Positions 50,971-61,366 of a stretch of DNA of 64,000 nt are shown one piece after another. The notes under the pieces are model-generated. The model did not search any database and was not told where the DNA came from. It saw only the letters and a program-made list of their open reading frames with translations. How positions within the stretch are numbered: the first letter of the stretch is position 1; the number at the start of each line of letters is the position of its first letter. The stretch spans positions 1 to 64,000 of the forward strand of contig CAVTUQ010000010.1 in the NCBI GenBank assembly GCA_963737905.1. The letters run 5' to 3'. This stretch comes from an uncultured delta proteobacterium. Lineage in GTDB: Bacteria > Desulfobacterota > Binatia > UBA9968. Made by a program: the position numbers and the translations under genes.

Positions 50971-52684
50971 TCAACGGGAGAGCCCAAAGGAGCTGATATC
51001 TCCGCCGGAAAAGAAGGTGCCGATCAAGTTGCCGCGCGTGATCGGCAGGTCCAGGTGCGATGGATGCGACTCGTCGTGATGAATGGTAATCCGAGCCGCG
51101 CGCGGGCGCCGCAAATGGTTTCGGGCGAGAGCTTGGAGCGAGCTCAAGGCGGGCTCGTCGTCGGCTCCCTTGATGCGAACGGCGATCCGGTCGCCGGCCT
51201 GGAACAGGCGCGCCGTCGCTACAATCGGAATGCGCAACTCGTAAATTTTTCCCGGCTGCAGCGGGTCCCGGTCCTCATGCACTTGAATCGGCTCCCACGG
51301 CTTGCTGTCTTCGCGCAAGCGTCGTTGCGAAGCGCGCAACCAACCGCGGGTCAGCTCCTCCGCCTTGCCCTCGCGATCGATCGCCAGCAAGGTTACGAAT
51401 AGCAACGCGTCGGTATCCGTGGTGGAAAGATAGAGCGTCAGCACGCTCGGTCCCAACACTTCGGTGTTCTCGACGAGCAACGGTGTAGAATAGGTCACCG
51501 AACCGTGTTCGAAGTTCGATTCATCGAATGCGTCCGCGCCCTCGCTCGGCCATAGCTCATGCTCGCTGAGTATGCCGTCTTTATGCAGGTAGAAGGGGGT
51601 CCAGCGGGCCTCCGGCGGCGGCCAATCAACGAGCGATTTCCATTCGCCGGTAGGCGGGATGAAGCAGCGGATCGGCGGTTCGTCCATTACGCCATTGTCT
51701 ATGCCTTTGAGCCAGTGATCGAACCAGCGCAGCGATTCGTCTTGATACTGATACACGGGGCGATCGAGATAGATTCCCGGGCCGATAACCATCTTCTTCG
51801 GGCCTCGCCAATCTTTCCAGGCGGTAAAAGCCCCGGGCAGGTGAAGACCATAGTTGCCCCAGCAGGCGCCGAGGTAAGCGGGAATAGTCGCCTTCGCGTC
51901 CTGCGCGCTGTGCTCGCGCCAAAACGGCCCGTCGAAGGGATGCAACAGGAAATCGACGATCAACGCGTTGGTTCCCGCCTCGGGATTCTGCAGCGCCTCG
52001 CGCAGCCCGGGCACAGCCATGATCTCTTCGTCTTGCATCGCCCGGGCGATGGCATCCTTGTACGCGGCTTCGCCGCGGGCTTCTTTGTACAGGCTGCGGT
52101 AGTTAGGGCGGTGCAGGCTGTTTCGCCAGTGAGTAATAAAGCCGTGCGCAAGAATGCCGCCGTGGTAGCAGCGGTGGCGATAATCGTCGGTGCCGGCGAA
52201 TGGAGCGAAAATCGCTTTGAGTGGCTTCGGGCCCATGGCGGCTACTGCTTTGGCGAGCCGGGCAAAATAAGAGACGCCGAACATGCCGACATCGCCGGTG
52301 CTCCAAGATTGCGCCGCCAGCCAATCGATGAGGTTGCAGATATCTTGAACCTCGATGCGGGCCCATGAGCTGATAGAAGCCTTCGGACTTACCGCTGCCT
52401 CGGACGTTGAAGACGGCGTGAACGTAGCCGCGGCGCGCAAAGAAAGTGGAGTCGCCGCTTTCCATGTAGCCCCGCATCGGTGTGAAACCCACCGGGCGCA
52501 TCGGCGGCGATTGCAGGTCTTTGTTATAGGCGTGGGCGCCAAGAATGACCGGGAAACACTCGGAGGCGGCGGGACGATAAATATTGCCATCAAGCAGAGT
52601 GCCATCCGGCATCCGTACCTTGACGTCGCGCTCAACAATGACGTCGTACTTTCGTTCCGAAGTAGACCACTTAGTTGTGAACAC
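50971..52684 (-). pseudogene. CocE/NonD family hydrolase with a single frameshift near 52357
   Basis: DVKVRMPDG..L..NIYRP, RGSGKSEG in one frame; WSTGDVGMFGVSY, RWFDHWLKG in the next; RBS aggagg before GTG 52684. Confidence 0.82.
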
Positions 52685-52951
52685 GAGCTCGGTCCTCCTT
52701 ATGCTCATTTCGTATGGACTCAAACCCCATACATCAAGCGGAACGAAATGTCCATTTTTGCTTGGCCCCATTGCAATGGATTGCTCCTATAGGCTTTTTT
52801 CCTTGACTCACCTCTTATGTTTGCCCTATTTTACGCGCAACGGACTGCTAAGCGATTCGTTAATTCGGTTATATCGTCGATCAGCAGCGGTTGGTTCGCT
52901 GACCTGTCTCGAGCACAACTGTGGTCACAAACTCTAAGAGGGAGTTCGGTT

Positions 52952-53827
52952 ATGCCAGTCACAGTCGAACAGCTTCAGTCCATTCGATCAACGATCAACG
53001 ACAATATTAGGCCCTTACTGGCAACTGCAGGAGCTGCGGGCCCATATGCAATGGCAATAGGATTTGCCGCCGACCTTATTCTCCGCGCTATAACGCTTGG
53101 TGTCCAAATAAGAATTGTCAGAGACAAGTTAGTTGCCGAACTAGATCTGGAAAGCAAGAAGTTAAATATCTTTCGACGTCCTTACATCGTTAGCATCGAT
53201 GACTTCGACGTAACGAGTTTTTTCACTAACAAGGGTTATCTCAGGATTCAGTACCCACAGTTGTTAGAGCAGTTTGACGCAGAAATTAAGGCTGTCGATT
53301 TTGTTGGCAACACGGGCTACGACTCGGCGCTTAGACTGTTAAAGATTGCGCATCAGGTTATTTTACCAGCGTATCACACGGGTAAATTCATTAATCCACT
53401 TTCGCGGGATATGTTCGGTAATGAACTAGAAAAGCCGATGCCGGACTATTACGCTATTGTCAGGGAAATCGACGTGTTGGGATATCGAGACGACAGCGAG
53501 ATGGACAACCTAGCAGCTAAACTGCCGCCGTACTGGGAGACGAAATTGGAGTTGGCCAGACTCTCGTTGGAGAGGACTTACAAAGAACAGAACGCCAAAT
53601 ATAAGGACGAAGTGATCAGTGCGATCCTAGAGGCGCTGTCTGGAAAAGACGGAGCGATTTCTGCTTTGACGACATTTGCAAAAGAGATCGCCAAAAATAA
53701 CGTGGAAAACGAGCTTGCAAAAATAGACAACGCTCTTAGCGCAAATCCAGACGAGTCCGTCAAAGCCAAACTCAGTGAACAAATGAAAGAGCTGCAGCAA
53801 CGTTTGTCGGCGATAGAGGGTCGTTAA
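52952..53827 (+). CDS. Hypothetical protein (N-terminal Ala/Gly hydrophobic segment, C-terminal coiled coil)
   Basis: RBS gagggag; long ORF in a lower-GC segment; no family recognised. Confidence 0.75.
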   Translation: MPVTVEQLQSIRSTINDNIRPLLATAGAAGPYAMAIGFAADLILRAITLGVQIRIVRDKLVAELDLESKKLNIFRRPYIVSIDDFDVTSFFTNKGYLRIQYPQLLEQFDAEIKAVDFVGNTGYDSALRLLKIAHQVILPAYHTGKFINPLSRDMFGNELEKPMPDYYAIVREIDVLGYRDDSEMDNLAAKLPPYWETKLELARLSLERTYKEQNAKYKDEVISAILEALSGKDGAISALTTFAKEIAKNNVENELAKIDNALSANPDESVKAKLSEQMKELQQRLSAIEGR

Positions 53828-53870
53828 AAGGAAGCTCATACGGTTTTCTTGTTTCACGGATAGTTTTCTT

Positions 53871-54824
53871 ATGAAAACGATTTGTCATGTTCTCTTGTCA
53901 TTGTTATTAGCGTTGTCTGGTTTGATTGCTAGCGGGTGCAGTCCAGCTCTCCCGAAGCCCTCCTCTGTAAGCAATCTTGAAGCTCTTAACAGAGCGATGG
54001 CTCTCCATACGGAGAGTGCATACAATGAAGCGCTTGCGGAAATTTCCAAGAATCTACAAAACAATCCGACCGATCTGCATTCGAGAATATCGAGGGTCAT
54101 AGCGGCACAAAACAGGATTACTGTTGTTGCGGATCAGTCCCAGAAATTGAAGATTTTTCACGACAGTCTCCCAACAATTTTGCGCGATCTTATTATCATT
54201 GTCGAATTGGCTCCGCAGGTGTCTGATACGATGGCTTGGATTGTCCCGCGAGCGCTCGTCGTGGCCGGCGATCTTTTCTTAATTAGAGCGAGCATCTCCA
54301 CAGCAGAGACGTACGATAAGAACCCTACCGTCGATCGAATCAAAAAGACCATAATAGTTAGGGCCTATTACCAGATTGCTAAAGGGTACTTTGTTCAAGC
54401 ACTGGGTCTGGTTTCCCAAGTCAAGGATATTGCTCCTGCCTTGACTGCCGTAAAGCAACAGGCCGTCAACGGTCTGGTCAATACCCAGGTCGGGGTATTG
54501 ACAAACAACCGCAGACTAGGTGACAAAGAAAGGGTTCGGAATGACTTGGAAGAGATTAAGAGCTTGCTATTAATCGACCAGCAAAAGACAGTTGAGGCAA
54601 TGACTGAGTTTTCGCCTTCTTTCGATCCTGAGATCCATCGAGTGTTAAGTGTGGTTTATCGGGAGTTAGCGGATGACGGAACCGATCAAGCAGCTGAAGC
54701 TAAGTCGATCGAGGTCGCGCTTGTAAACGAGCTAATGTACGTTACGTATTCAGGTGACAAAAACCAAGCCAACCTAAATGATCTGTTGACTAGGGCGGCC
54801 CAACCTTATCTGTCGCGGCTCTAG
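53871..54824 (+). CDS. Hypothetical all-helical lipoprotein
   Basis: Signal peptide with lipobox IASGC; TPR-like helices. Confidence 0.75.
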   Translation: MKTICHVLLSLLLALSGLIASGCSPALPKPSSVSNLEALNRAMALHTESAYNEALAEISKNLQNNPTDLHSRISRVIAAQNRITVVADQSQKLKIFHDSLPTILRDLIIIVELAPQVSDTMAWIVPRALVVAGDLFLIRASISTAETYDKNPTVDRIKKTIIVRAYYQIAKGYFVQALGLVSQVKDIAPALTAVKQQAVNGLVNTQVGVLTNNRRLGDKERVRNDLEEIKSLLLIDQQKTVEAMTEFSPSFDPEIHRVLSVVYRELADDGTDQAAEAKSIEVALVNELMYVTYSGDKNQANLNDLLTRAAQPYLSRL

Positions 54825-55159
54825 TTTACTGCAAGATTTGCAGGCACCATCGTGGTCAAGAGGGAGACGTTTAGACCCGGAGGAGCTCCCAATAAATCTT
54901 GCAATCCTTTCACGTTCTTTGGTATTTTCGTGCCCATAAGCCAATTGTCTGGGAATGATTTCGCCATTGCCTGGCGCAAAGTATTGACCAAAGGGAACGG
55001 TGTGTTGTCTTGGTTGGCCGCGATCCTGCCACTGTCGGCAGCATTTTCAAGCAGAGAGAGAAAGCCCTCGCCTCGCCCACACGAGTTGTCTTGACACGCT
55101 AGATTGCGGGGTGTTAGTTTCGCTCGCGCTGGAGCGAAAATCTTCGTCAGGGAGTACCC

Positions 55160-56144
55160 ATGAATATTGATTTTCACTGCCATTTCTATCCCGAAGAATA
55201 CTTGAAGAAACTGGAAGCCTCCAAAGGCGACGTCAGGATCGAAAAGAACGACAAGGGCGAGAAAATTATTTTGAGCATGGGGGCCAAGGCAGGACCCGTG
55301 ACCGAGGACTTTTTCGATATCGAAGTGAGGGTGGACAAGATCAGGCAGAACAGGATCGACATGCAGATCTTGACCGCGCCTCATCCCGGCGTCGACCGCT
55401 TTTCACCGGACGAGAGCGCCGAGATGAGCCGGACGATCAACGATGGTCTGTCGAAGGTCGTTAAAAAATATCCGAAGAACTTTCAGGCCCTCGCGATGTT
55501 GCCTCTCATCGATACCAAGCTCGCTCTCAAAGAACTGGATCGGGCGATTTTTGATCTGGGGCTAAAGGGAATTTGCATGTTGACCAACGTAGCGGGACAG
55601 ACATCGGATTCAAACTTCTTGCTACCGGTCTATGAAAAAGCGCAGTCCCTCGGTGTGCCGATCTTTATTCATCCGACAACTCCGGTGGGCGCACAAGTCA
55701 TGCAAGAGTGGCGTCTCGCGATCATTCTTGGATTTGAATTTGACATCATGCTTTCGGCGACGCGGCTTGCTTACTCCGGAATACTCGAGAGATTTCCCGA
55801 GCTCAACTTTGTCATCGCCCATCTTGGAGCCGGCATTCCGTTTCTCGCCGGCAGAATCGACCGAGGCTACCACGATCCGATGTGCGGCGTTAAAACCAAA
55901 AAGCCGACTTCCGAGCACCTCAAGGAGTTGCATACGGATACCGTCTGCTTTTATCAGCCGACTCTGAAGTTCGCCTATGAGTTTTTTGGCGCGGGGACGG
56001 ATGGTAATGGGGAGTGACTTCCCGCTACCGATCGGCGATCTAGAAGCTGCGGTTCCCAGCATTGAGCAAATGGATATCTCCGGAGACGAAAAAGAGAAGA
56101 TTCTGGGAAAGAATGTTCAAAGGCTCCTAAAACTGAATTCTTGA
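55160..56144 (+). pseudogene. Amidohydrolase_2 family protein with a frameshift in the G run near 55995
   Basis: IDFHCH, IFIHP, AHLGAG; the C-terminal MVMGSDFPLP...KILGKNVQRLLKL continues in another frame. Confidence 0.82.
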
Positions 56145-56200
56145 AGGTTTCTGATCTCACTATCCCGAATATTCCAAGATAAAATGGCGAGAGGGGTCAG

Positions 56201-56974
56201 TTGCAAATCGTGAGTAGTGATAAGCCTACGGCTCTGGTTACGGGCGCATCCACGGGTATCGGCAGAAGCGCGGCTATAGCACTGGCGAAAAACGGTTATG
56301 ATGTAGTCATTAATTTCAGCCGCAGCGAGGATGCGGCCAAGATTACGGCTCGTGATGCCGCAGCTACGGGTGCGCGGACGTTGCTTTACCGCTGCGATGT
56401 CAGCGACGAGACTTGCGTGCGCGCCATGATCGCGGCCACGGAAAAGGAATTTGGGCGCCTCGATGTCCTGATCAACAATGCGGGAACCACGGCCGATGTC
56501 GAGCCCAAGAATCTGGAAGGCATGAAGGTCGAAGACTGGAATCGTGTCTTCAATGTCAACGTCCTCGGTCTGTTTCTGGTCACGCGCGCGGCCGTGCCGC
56601 TACTGAAAAAATCGCCTAACGGCTGCATCGTGAATACCTGCAGTATCGCCGGCCTGAGACCAAGCGCACAACCATTGCCTTATGCTGCCAGCAAAGCTGC
56701 AGTGGCAAACCTGACCAAGACTCTCGCGAACGCGCTCGGACCTCAAATCCGCGTCAACGCGGTGGCGCCGGGATGGATCGAAGGGGACTGGATGAAACGG
56801 ACACTGGCGGATAACTACGAGGGGTTGATGGCGCGCCGCGCCAAATACACGCCGCTCAAGCGCTGCTGTACTGAAGACGACGTCGCCGACAGTATGCTAA
56901 GCCTAATTTTGCATAACCGCTTCGTCACCGGCGAGATCATCATCGTCGATGGCGGGTTTTCAAGCACGACTTAA
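56201..56974 (+). CDS. SDR family oxidoreductase
   Basis: TGASTGIG, NNAG, YAASK, VNAVAPG. Confidence 0.93.
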   Translation: MQIVSSDKPTALVTGASTGIGRSAAIALAKNGYDVVINFSRSEDAAKITARDAAATGARTLLYRCDVSDETCVRAMIAATEKEFGRLDVLINNAGTTADVEPKNLEGMKVEDWNRVFNVNVLGLFLVTRAAVPLLKKSPNGCIVNTCSIAGLRPSAQPLPYAASKAAVANLTKTLANALGPQIRVNAVAPGWIEGDWMKRTLADNYEGLMARRAKYTPLKRCCTEDDVADSMLSLILHNRFVTGEIIIVDGGFSSTT

Positions 56975-56985
56975 ACTAAGAGTAC

Positions 56986-57112
56986 TGTTCAAAACGTTCA
57001 AGTCGTTCAAGTTGTTCAAAACGTTTTCGGAGGTTCAAGTCGTTGGAAGGTTCAATTCGTTTATATCGTTTTAAACGTCTTGAACTTTTTGAACGATTGG
57101 AACGACTGGAAC
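56986..57112. repeat. Long GTTCAA/TTGAAC 9-mer inverted tandem array
   Basis: gttcaaaac gttcaagtc gttcaagtt gttcaaaac ... ttgaacttt ttgaacgat tggaacgac tggaac. Confidence 0.8.
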
Positions 57113-57137
57113 GCGACGAGCGCTAGCGAGGAGATGA

Positions 57138-58787
57138 ATGTTAGACGGTGTCGTTCGATTTCCTCCAGAATTCGCGGCGCGGTATCGGGCGAAGGGCTAC
57201 TGGGAAGATCGGTCGCTGCGAGACGTATTCGCCGACGTTTTTGCCAAATACGGCGATCGAATCGCGATCATTGATCGTGACGAATCCGTTACCTACGCGC
57301 AATTGAACGAACGCGCCGAGCGTCTAGCGCTGAACCTTCTGGAAGAAGGGCTTCAGCCACTCGACCGCGCCGTCATGCAGCTGCCCAATGTGGTTGAGTT
57401 CGCTTACTTCTATTTCGCACTGCAAAAGATCGGCTGCATACCGATCATGGCGCTGCCGAGCCACCGTTACCGCGAAATGAGTCAGTTCGTCCAACTTGCC
57501 GGCGCCGTGGCTTGTGCGACACCGGACCGAAGCAAAGACTTCGACTACAGAGATCTCGTGGGTCGCATCCGCGAGGCGAATGCGACCTTACGCTTCGGAA
57601 TCGTTTTGGGAGACGCCCCGGCAGGGTTTTTATCGTTGAAAGAACTAGTCGAGCGGCCGAGCAGACATTCTCGGGATGATTTGAAAAAAATCACCATTGA
57701 TCCCGAAGACCCCGCAGTGTTTCAACTCTCAGGCGGCACCACGGGCATTCCCAAGCTCATCCCAAGAACGCATAACGACTACATCTATAATTCTAAAATG
57801 GCGGCGGCGGTGACCGGAGTAGGGCCAGACAAGATTTTTTTGAACGTACTTCCACTGGCACATAATCTGCCGCTCGCCTGTCCCGGCTTGCAGGGTTTTC
57901 TGTTGCACGGTGGCAAGGTGGTGCTGGCCAACACAACGCGAGCCGAGGATATTTTTCGTATCGTCGAGCGCCATCGGGTCACACACATCGCTGTCGTGCC
58001 GGCGCTTTTGATTCGTCTGATCAATGATCCGTCGATCAAGAACTTCGATCTATCATCCCTGCAAGTTATCCAGAGCGGCGGCCAGCGGCTGCAACCGGAA
58101 GTCCGCCGCCGTACAAAAGAACTGATTCCAAGCGTTACCGTTCAAGAAAACTTCGGGATGGCGGAGGGGATGCTGCTATTTGTCCGGCTGGATGATCCTG
58201 AAGAAGTGCGCATGGAAACTGTCGGCAGGCCCGTCAGCCCCGATGATGAGATCCGGATAGTGGACGACGAGGATAATGAAGTTTCGCCGGGCGAAGTCGG
58301 CGAATTGTTAGCTCGTGGTCCCTACACGCTCCGGGGTTACTTCGGCGTGCCGGAGTACAACGCCAGAGCGTTCACGTCCGATGGCTTTTACCGATCAGGC
58401 GATTTGATGCGGCGGCATCCTTCCGGGAACTATATGGTCGAAGGACGAAAGAAAGATCTCATTAACCGGGGAGGCGAAAAAATCAGCGCCGAGGAGATCG
58501 AGAACCTCATTCTCACTCATCCATCCGTCCAAAACGTTGCGTGCGTGCCGATGCCGGATCCGATTCTGGGCGAGCGCATGTGCGCCTGCGTGATCCTGCG
58601 GCAGGGCAAGGCTTTGAGTTTGGACCAACTGGTAGTTTTCCTTATGAAAGAGGAAATTGCCAAGCACAAACTACCCGAGCGGCTGGAAACGATGGGCGAT
58701 TTCCCTCTCTCAGCCTTTGGCAAGGTATCGAAAAGAGATCTAACTGAAACCATCGCACAAAAGCTTAAGGCAGAGGGTAAGACTTGA
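57138..58787 (+). CDS. Aryl acid-AMP ligase (2,3-dihydroxybenzoate-AMP ligase EntE/DhbE-like)
   Basis: QLSGGTTGIPKLIPRTHNDY, HNLPLACPG, FGMAEG, GFYRSGD, INRGGEKI. Confidence 0.9.
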   Translation: MLDGVVRFPPEFAARYRAKGYWEDRSLRDVFADVFAKYGDRIAIIDRDESVTYAQLNERAERLALNLLEEGLQPLDRAVMQLPNVVEFAYFYFALQKIGCIPIMALPSHRYREMSQFVQLAGAVACATPDRSKDFDYRDLVGRIREANATLRFGIVLGDAPAGFLSLKELVERPSRHSRDDLKKITIDPEDPAVFQLSGGTTGIPKLIPRTHNDYIYNSKMAAAVTGVGPDKIFLNVLPLAHNLPLACPGLQGFLLHGGKVVLANTTRAEDIFRIVERHRVTHIAVVPALLIRLINDPSIKNFDLSSLQVIQSGGQRLQPEVRRRTKELIPSVTVQENFGMAEGMLLFVRLDDPEEVRMETVGRPVSPDDEIRIVDDEDNEVSPGEVGELLARGPYTLRGYFGVPEYNARAFTSDGFYRSGDLMRRHPSGNYMVEGRKKDLINRGGEKISAEEIENLILTHPSVQNVACVPMPDPILGERMCACVILRQGKALSLDQLVVFLMKEEIAKHKLPERLETMGDFPLSAFGKVSKRDLTETIAQKLKAEGKT

Positions 58788-58942
58788 AGGATACTCGTGC
58801 GAGGTTGTCGAACCGCTAAACCAGCTTCGATTATTATTTGCCGCCGACTGCACCTGTGTGTATGGCGATACCTTTGTTTTGGAGACACTCCTGACCGAAC
58901 AGAGAATAGTCTTTCGGATCCGAGCGTCCGGGAACGTAAGCC

Positions 58943-60520
58943 CTACTCAACGACCTCAATCGCCAGGCGATAAGCAGGTAATCGATAGCCGAGCGCCAGG
59001 GCAGGGAAGTCGCGGGCATAGGTGAGAAAGGGCGTCTGATAATTCAACGGCACCTTGTCTTTGCCCTTATAGATGGCAGGATAGATATCGATTAGATGGG
59101 TCCCCGGGTGCCCGGTGGCCACTAGATTGATCGTGACATCACCGTTGCTATTGAAAGCGCAGGCGTAACCTATGGATGCGTTGTCGTAAGTCACGGCGAC
59201 TGTGTTATCCAACTCGGTCCAGCCGCCTCCTTTGATCTGAATGGTGAAAGGCTCACCGACCTTAACGCGCTTCGGCTCTACCTGCACCAGCTTCTGCTCA
59301 ACGTAGTAAGGGATTTCCATTAGCACCTGATCCCGCGCCACCAGTTTCACCACGTGCCAGCCTCCCAGATCATCTGGAATTTGGATGTTGGTGGTCAGTG
59401 ATCCGTCTGACTTCGTCGTTGCGCTGGAAAGCGGAACGTTTTCCAGATTCCATCCGCTAGGGCCCATGCGGTTACCTCTGGCGGTAACAAAAAATAGCCC
59501 AACTTCTGTGTTGGGAGGCAGACCAGTAACTCGCAGACTAGTCTTGGACAGAATGGGCCCGGAAGCAGGACTCAGAGTCGCAGAGCTGGACGCCGCGGGC
59601 TTCGTGTTCATGGCCGTCCGTGACACATGGCTGTTGAGTCGAGCAACGCGCTCGGTGTCCGGCCATTGGAGAGTGTCGGGAGGCGGTCCGGTGTCCTTGG
59701 TTACGTTGAAAACAAAACGAAACTCTTGTTTGTTGTCCAGATGGGCGTAGATATAATCCTGCGGCGATTGCTGCGTGTTTAAATAGGCGCCGGGGGCGGT
59801 GGCGGTGCTGTTGTTGAGTTGAATAATATGCTTGCCAGTCGGTCCTGCGGCACGGATTTGAAAGACAGCGGTGCCATTAGTCGTTACACCTGATATTTCA
59901 CCGGTGTACTTGTTGTCGTAGCGCAGCGCCATAAAGTGCTCGAATCCTCGCCAGCTCAACCCCTTTACCATGATGGTGACCGGCGCTCCCACGGGCCCTT
60001 CGGCGGGAGCGATGGTAGCGCTGCGCAAGATGCGAAAGCCGCCGCGGCCCACGTCCTGTCCATCCACCACAGCATAGATCTCGTGCACTTCGCCGAAATC
60101 CTCCGGCGCGGTAAAGACCGTATTCACTCGCCCTTGGGAATCGACCAAGTTGCCGCCTAAATGGAGGCGCTTCTCGTCATACTTCCGCTCATGGTACTCG
60201 ACATTGTCAGGTATAACTTTAGTTGCGTAGGCGCCATCGACAGTGCTCCAGAAGAAATTCACTTTCTTGCCGGGTGTGAATCCGTTAGCCGTCACTGTGA
60301 AGGAATCTCCCACGTAGCCCTTAACCGGCTCGACCTTGAGCAACTTAATTGGCGTTGGTGCTGCGGTGGATTTATTGGCTTGAGCGAGAGTAGGTGAGGT
60401 GGCGGGGGCGGTAGCCGCAGAAGCAGCAATCCCGGGCAGCGCGTTGGAGCCCAAGACGACCAGCAGTCCGAGCAGTGCTACGAGCGTAATTGCTGAGTCT
60501 GTTGCCGGCGGCTTGCGCAT
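58943..60520 (-). CDS. Uncharacterised exported beta-rich protein with four Ig-like repeats
   Basis: Signal peptide; repeats PEDFGEVHEI/PDDLGGWHVV and YDNKYTG...GPTGKHII/YDNASIG...GHPGTHLI. Confidence 0.75.
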   Translation of the reverse strand: MRKPPATDSAITLVALLGLLVVLGSNALPGIAASAATAPATSPTLAQANKSTAAPTPIKLLKVEPVKGYVGDSFTVTANGFTPGKKVNFFWSTVDGAYATKVIPDNVEYHERKYDEKRLHLGGNLVDSQGRVNTVFTAPEDFGEVHEIYAVVDGQDVGRGGFRILRSATIAPAEGPVGAPVTIMVKGLSWRGFEHFMALRYDNKYTGEISGVTTNGTAVFQIRAAGPTGKHIIQLNNSTATAPGAYLNTQQSPQDYIYAHLDNKQEFRFVFNVTKDTGPPPDTLQWPDTERVARLNSHVSRTAMNTKPAASSSATLSPASGPILSKTSLRVTGLPPNTEVGLFFVTARGNRMGPSGWNLENVPLSSATTKSDGSLTTNIQIPDDLGGWHVVKLVARDQVLMEIPYYVEQKLVQVEPKRVKVGEPFTIQIKGGGWTELDNTVAVTYDNASIGYACAFNSNGDVTINLVATGHPGTHLIDIYPAIYKGKDKVPLNYQTPFLTYARDFPALALGYRLPAYRLAIEVVE

Positions 60521-60544
60521 GGAACAAAGGATAGCGTAATCACG

Positions 60545-61213
60545 TTAGTCGATGATCCTCACACGAGTATCCATCGTCGCCGTTTTTTGAATCGGCGGAG
60601 TGAAAGTCCCGGTGCGACCATCTTTAGTCGTGACGACGATACGATAATCGAGGGAGCCTACCGGGTAGTCCGGCGGAATGTCCCAAGAGGTATCCCACAT
60701 CCAGGCAGAGTCAGGCAGGGCAGCCGCGCTGCCGCGAATCGTCCAGCGCCCGGGAACTTCCTCACCGTGCGGCAATACGAGTTTAATGGTGGCTCCATCT
60801 TTATCCGTCACCCGCTTGCCAGTCTTAATATCCAAAACCTCGAATCGAACCACCATCTTCATGCCCCGTTTGAACACTCCGCTCTGAACACATGCGACCG
60901 TTGGCGCAAAACCGTACTTGTTTGGGGGGGTGATGTTGGCCGTCAAAGTTTCCACATAGAAAAAGAATGGTCCTACCGGTTCATAGTAAGATGCTGGCGT
61001 CGTGAGTTTTTGTGCCGGAGGCGCGCCCGGCCCGGCCGGCGGGGGAGGAGGTAGTTTTTGCGCTCCGATCAGCATCGTAACGCCGCTGCCTCCTGCGCCT
61101 TTATCCCGCTCACTTTGCGTACCGACAGACGAGGCGCAAGCGGCGACGAGCCAGGGCGTGAGAGCTAATATCCCAACAAAGATCAACTTTCGTAGGGCGA
61201 TGTTTTTTACCAT
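60545..61213 (-). CDS. Uncharacterised lipoprotein with a Pro-rich linker and Ig-like domain
   Basis: Lipobox LVAAC; PPPPPAGP linker; WDIPPDYPVG. Confidence 0.75.
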   Translation of the reverse strand: MVKNIALRKLIFVGILALTPWLVAACASSVGTQSERDKGAGGSGVTMLIGAQKLPPPPPAGPGAPPAQKLTTPASYYEPVGPFFFYVETLTANITPPNKYGFAPTVACVQSGVFKRGMKMVVRFEVLDIKTGKRVTDKDGATIKLVLPHGEEVPGRWTIRGSAAALPDSAWMWDTSWDIPPDYPVGSLDYRIVVTTKDGRTGTFTPPIQKTATMDTRVRIID

Positions 61214-61366
61214 TTTTTGCCCCCATCCGGTTGAACGGTTTTTTAAACCACTGCTTAATTTGACCCTGAACATAGGGGAAGCTCTCGACTCCTGTCAAGT
61301 GCAATAAATGCGGATTGAGTTAACGACGAATTGACACGGAGGTTCTTCCTCCGATAAGTGAAAACC

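Noticed and set aside
56986-57112. GTTCAA arrays as a possible CRISPR array
   Set aside because: Units are 9 bp with no unique spacers, and there are no cas genes in the window.
57138-58787. Siderophore/NRPS cluster suggested by the EntE-like ligase
   Set aside because: No carrier protein, isochorismate genes or NRPS nearby; the context is catabolic.
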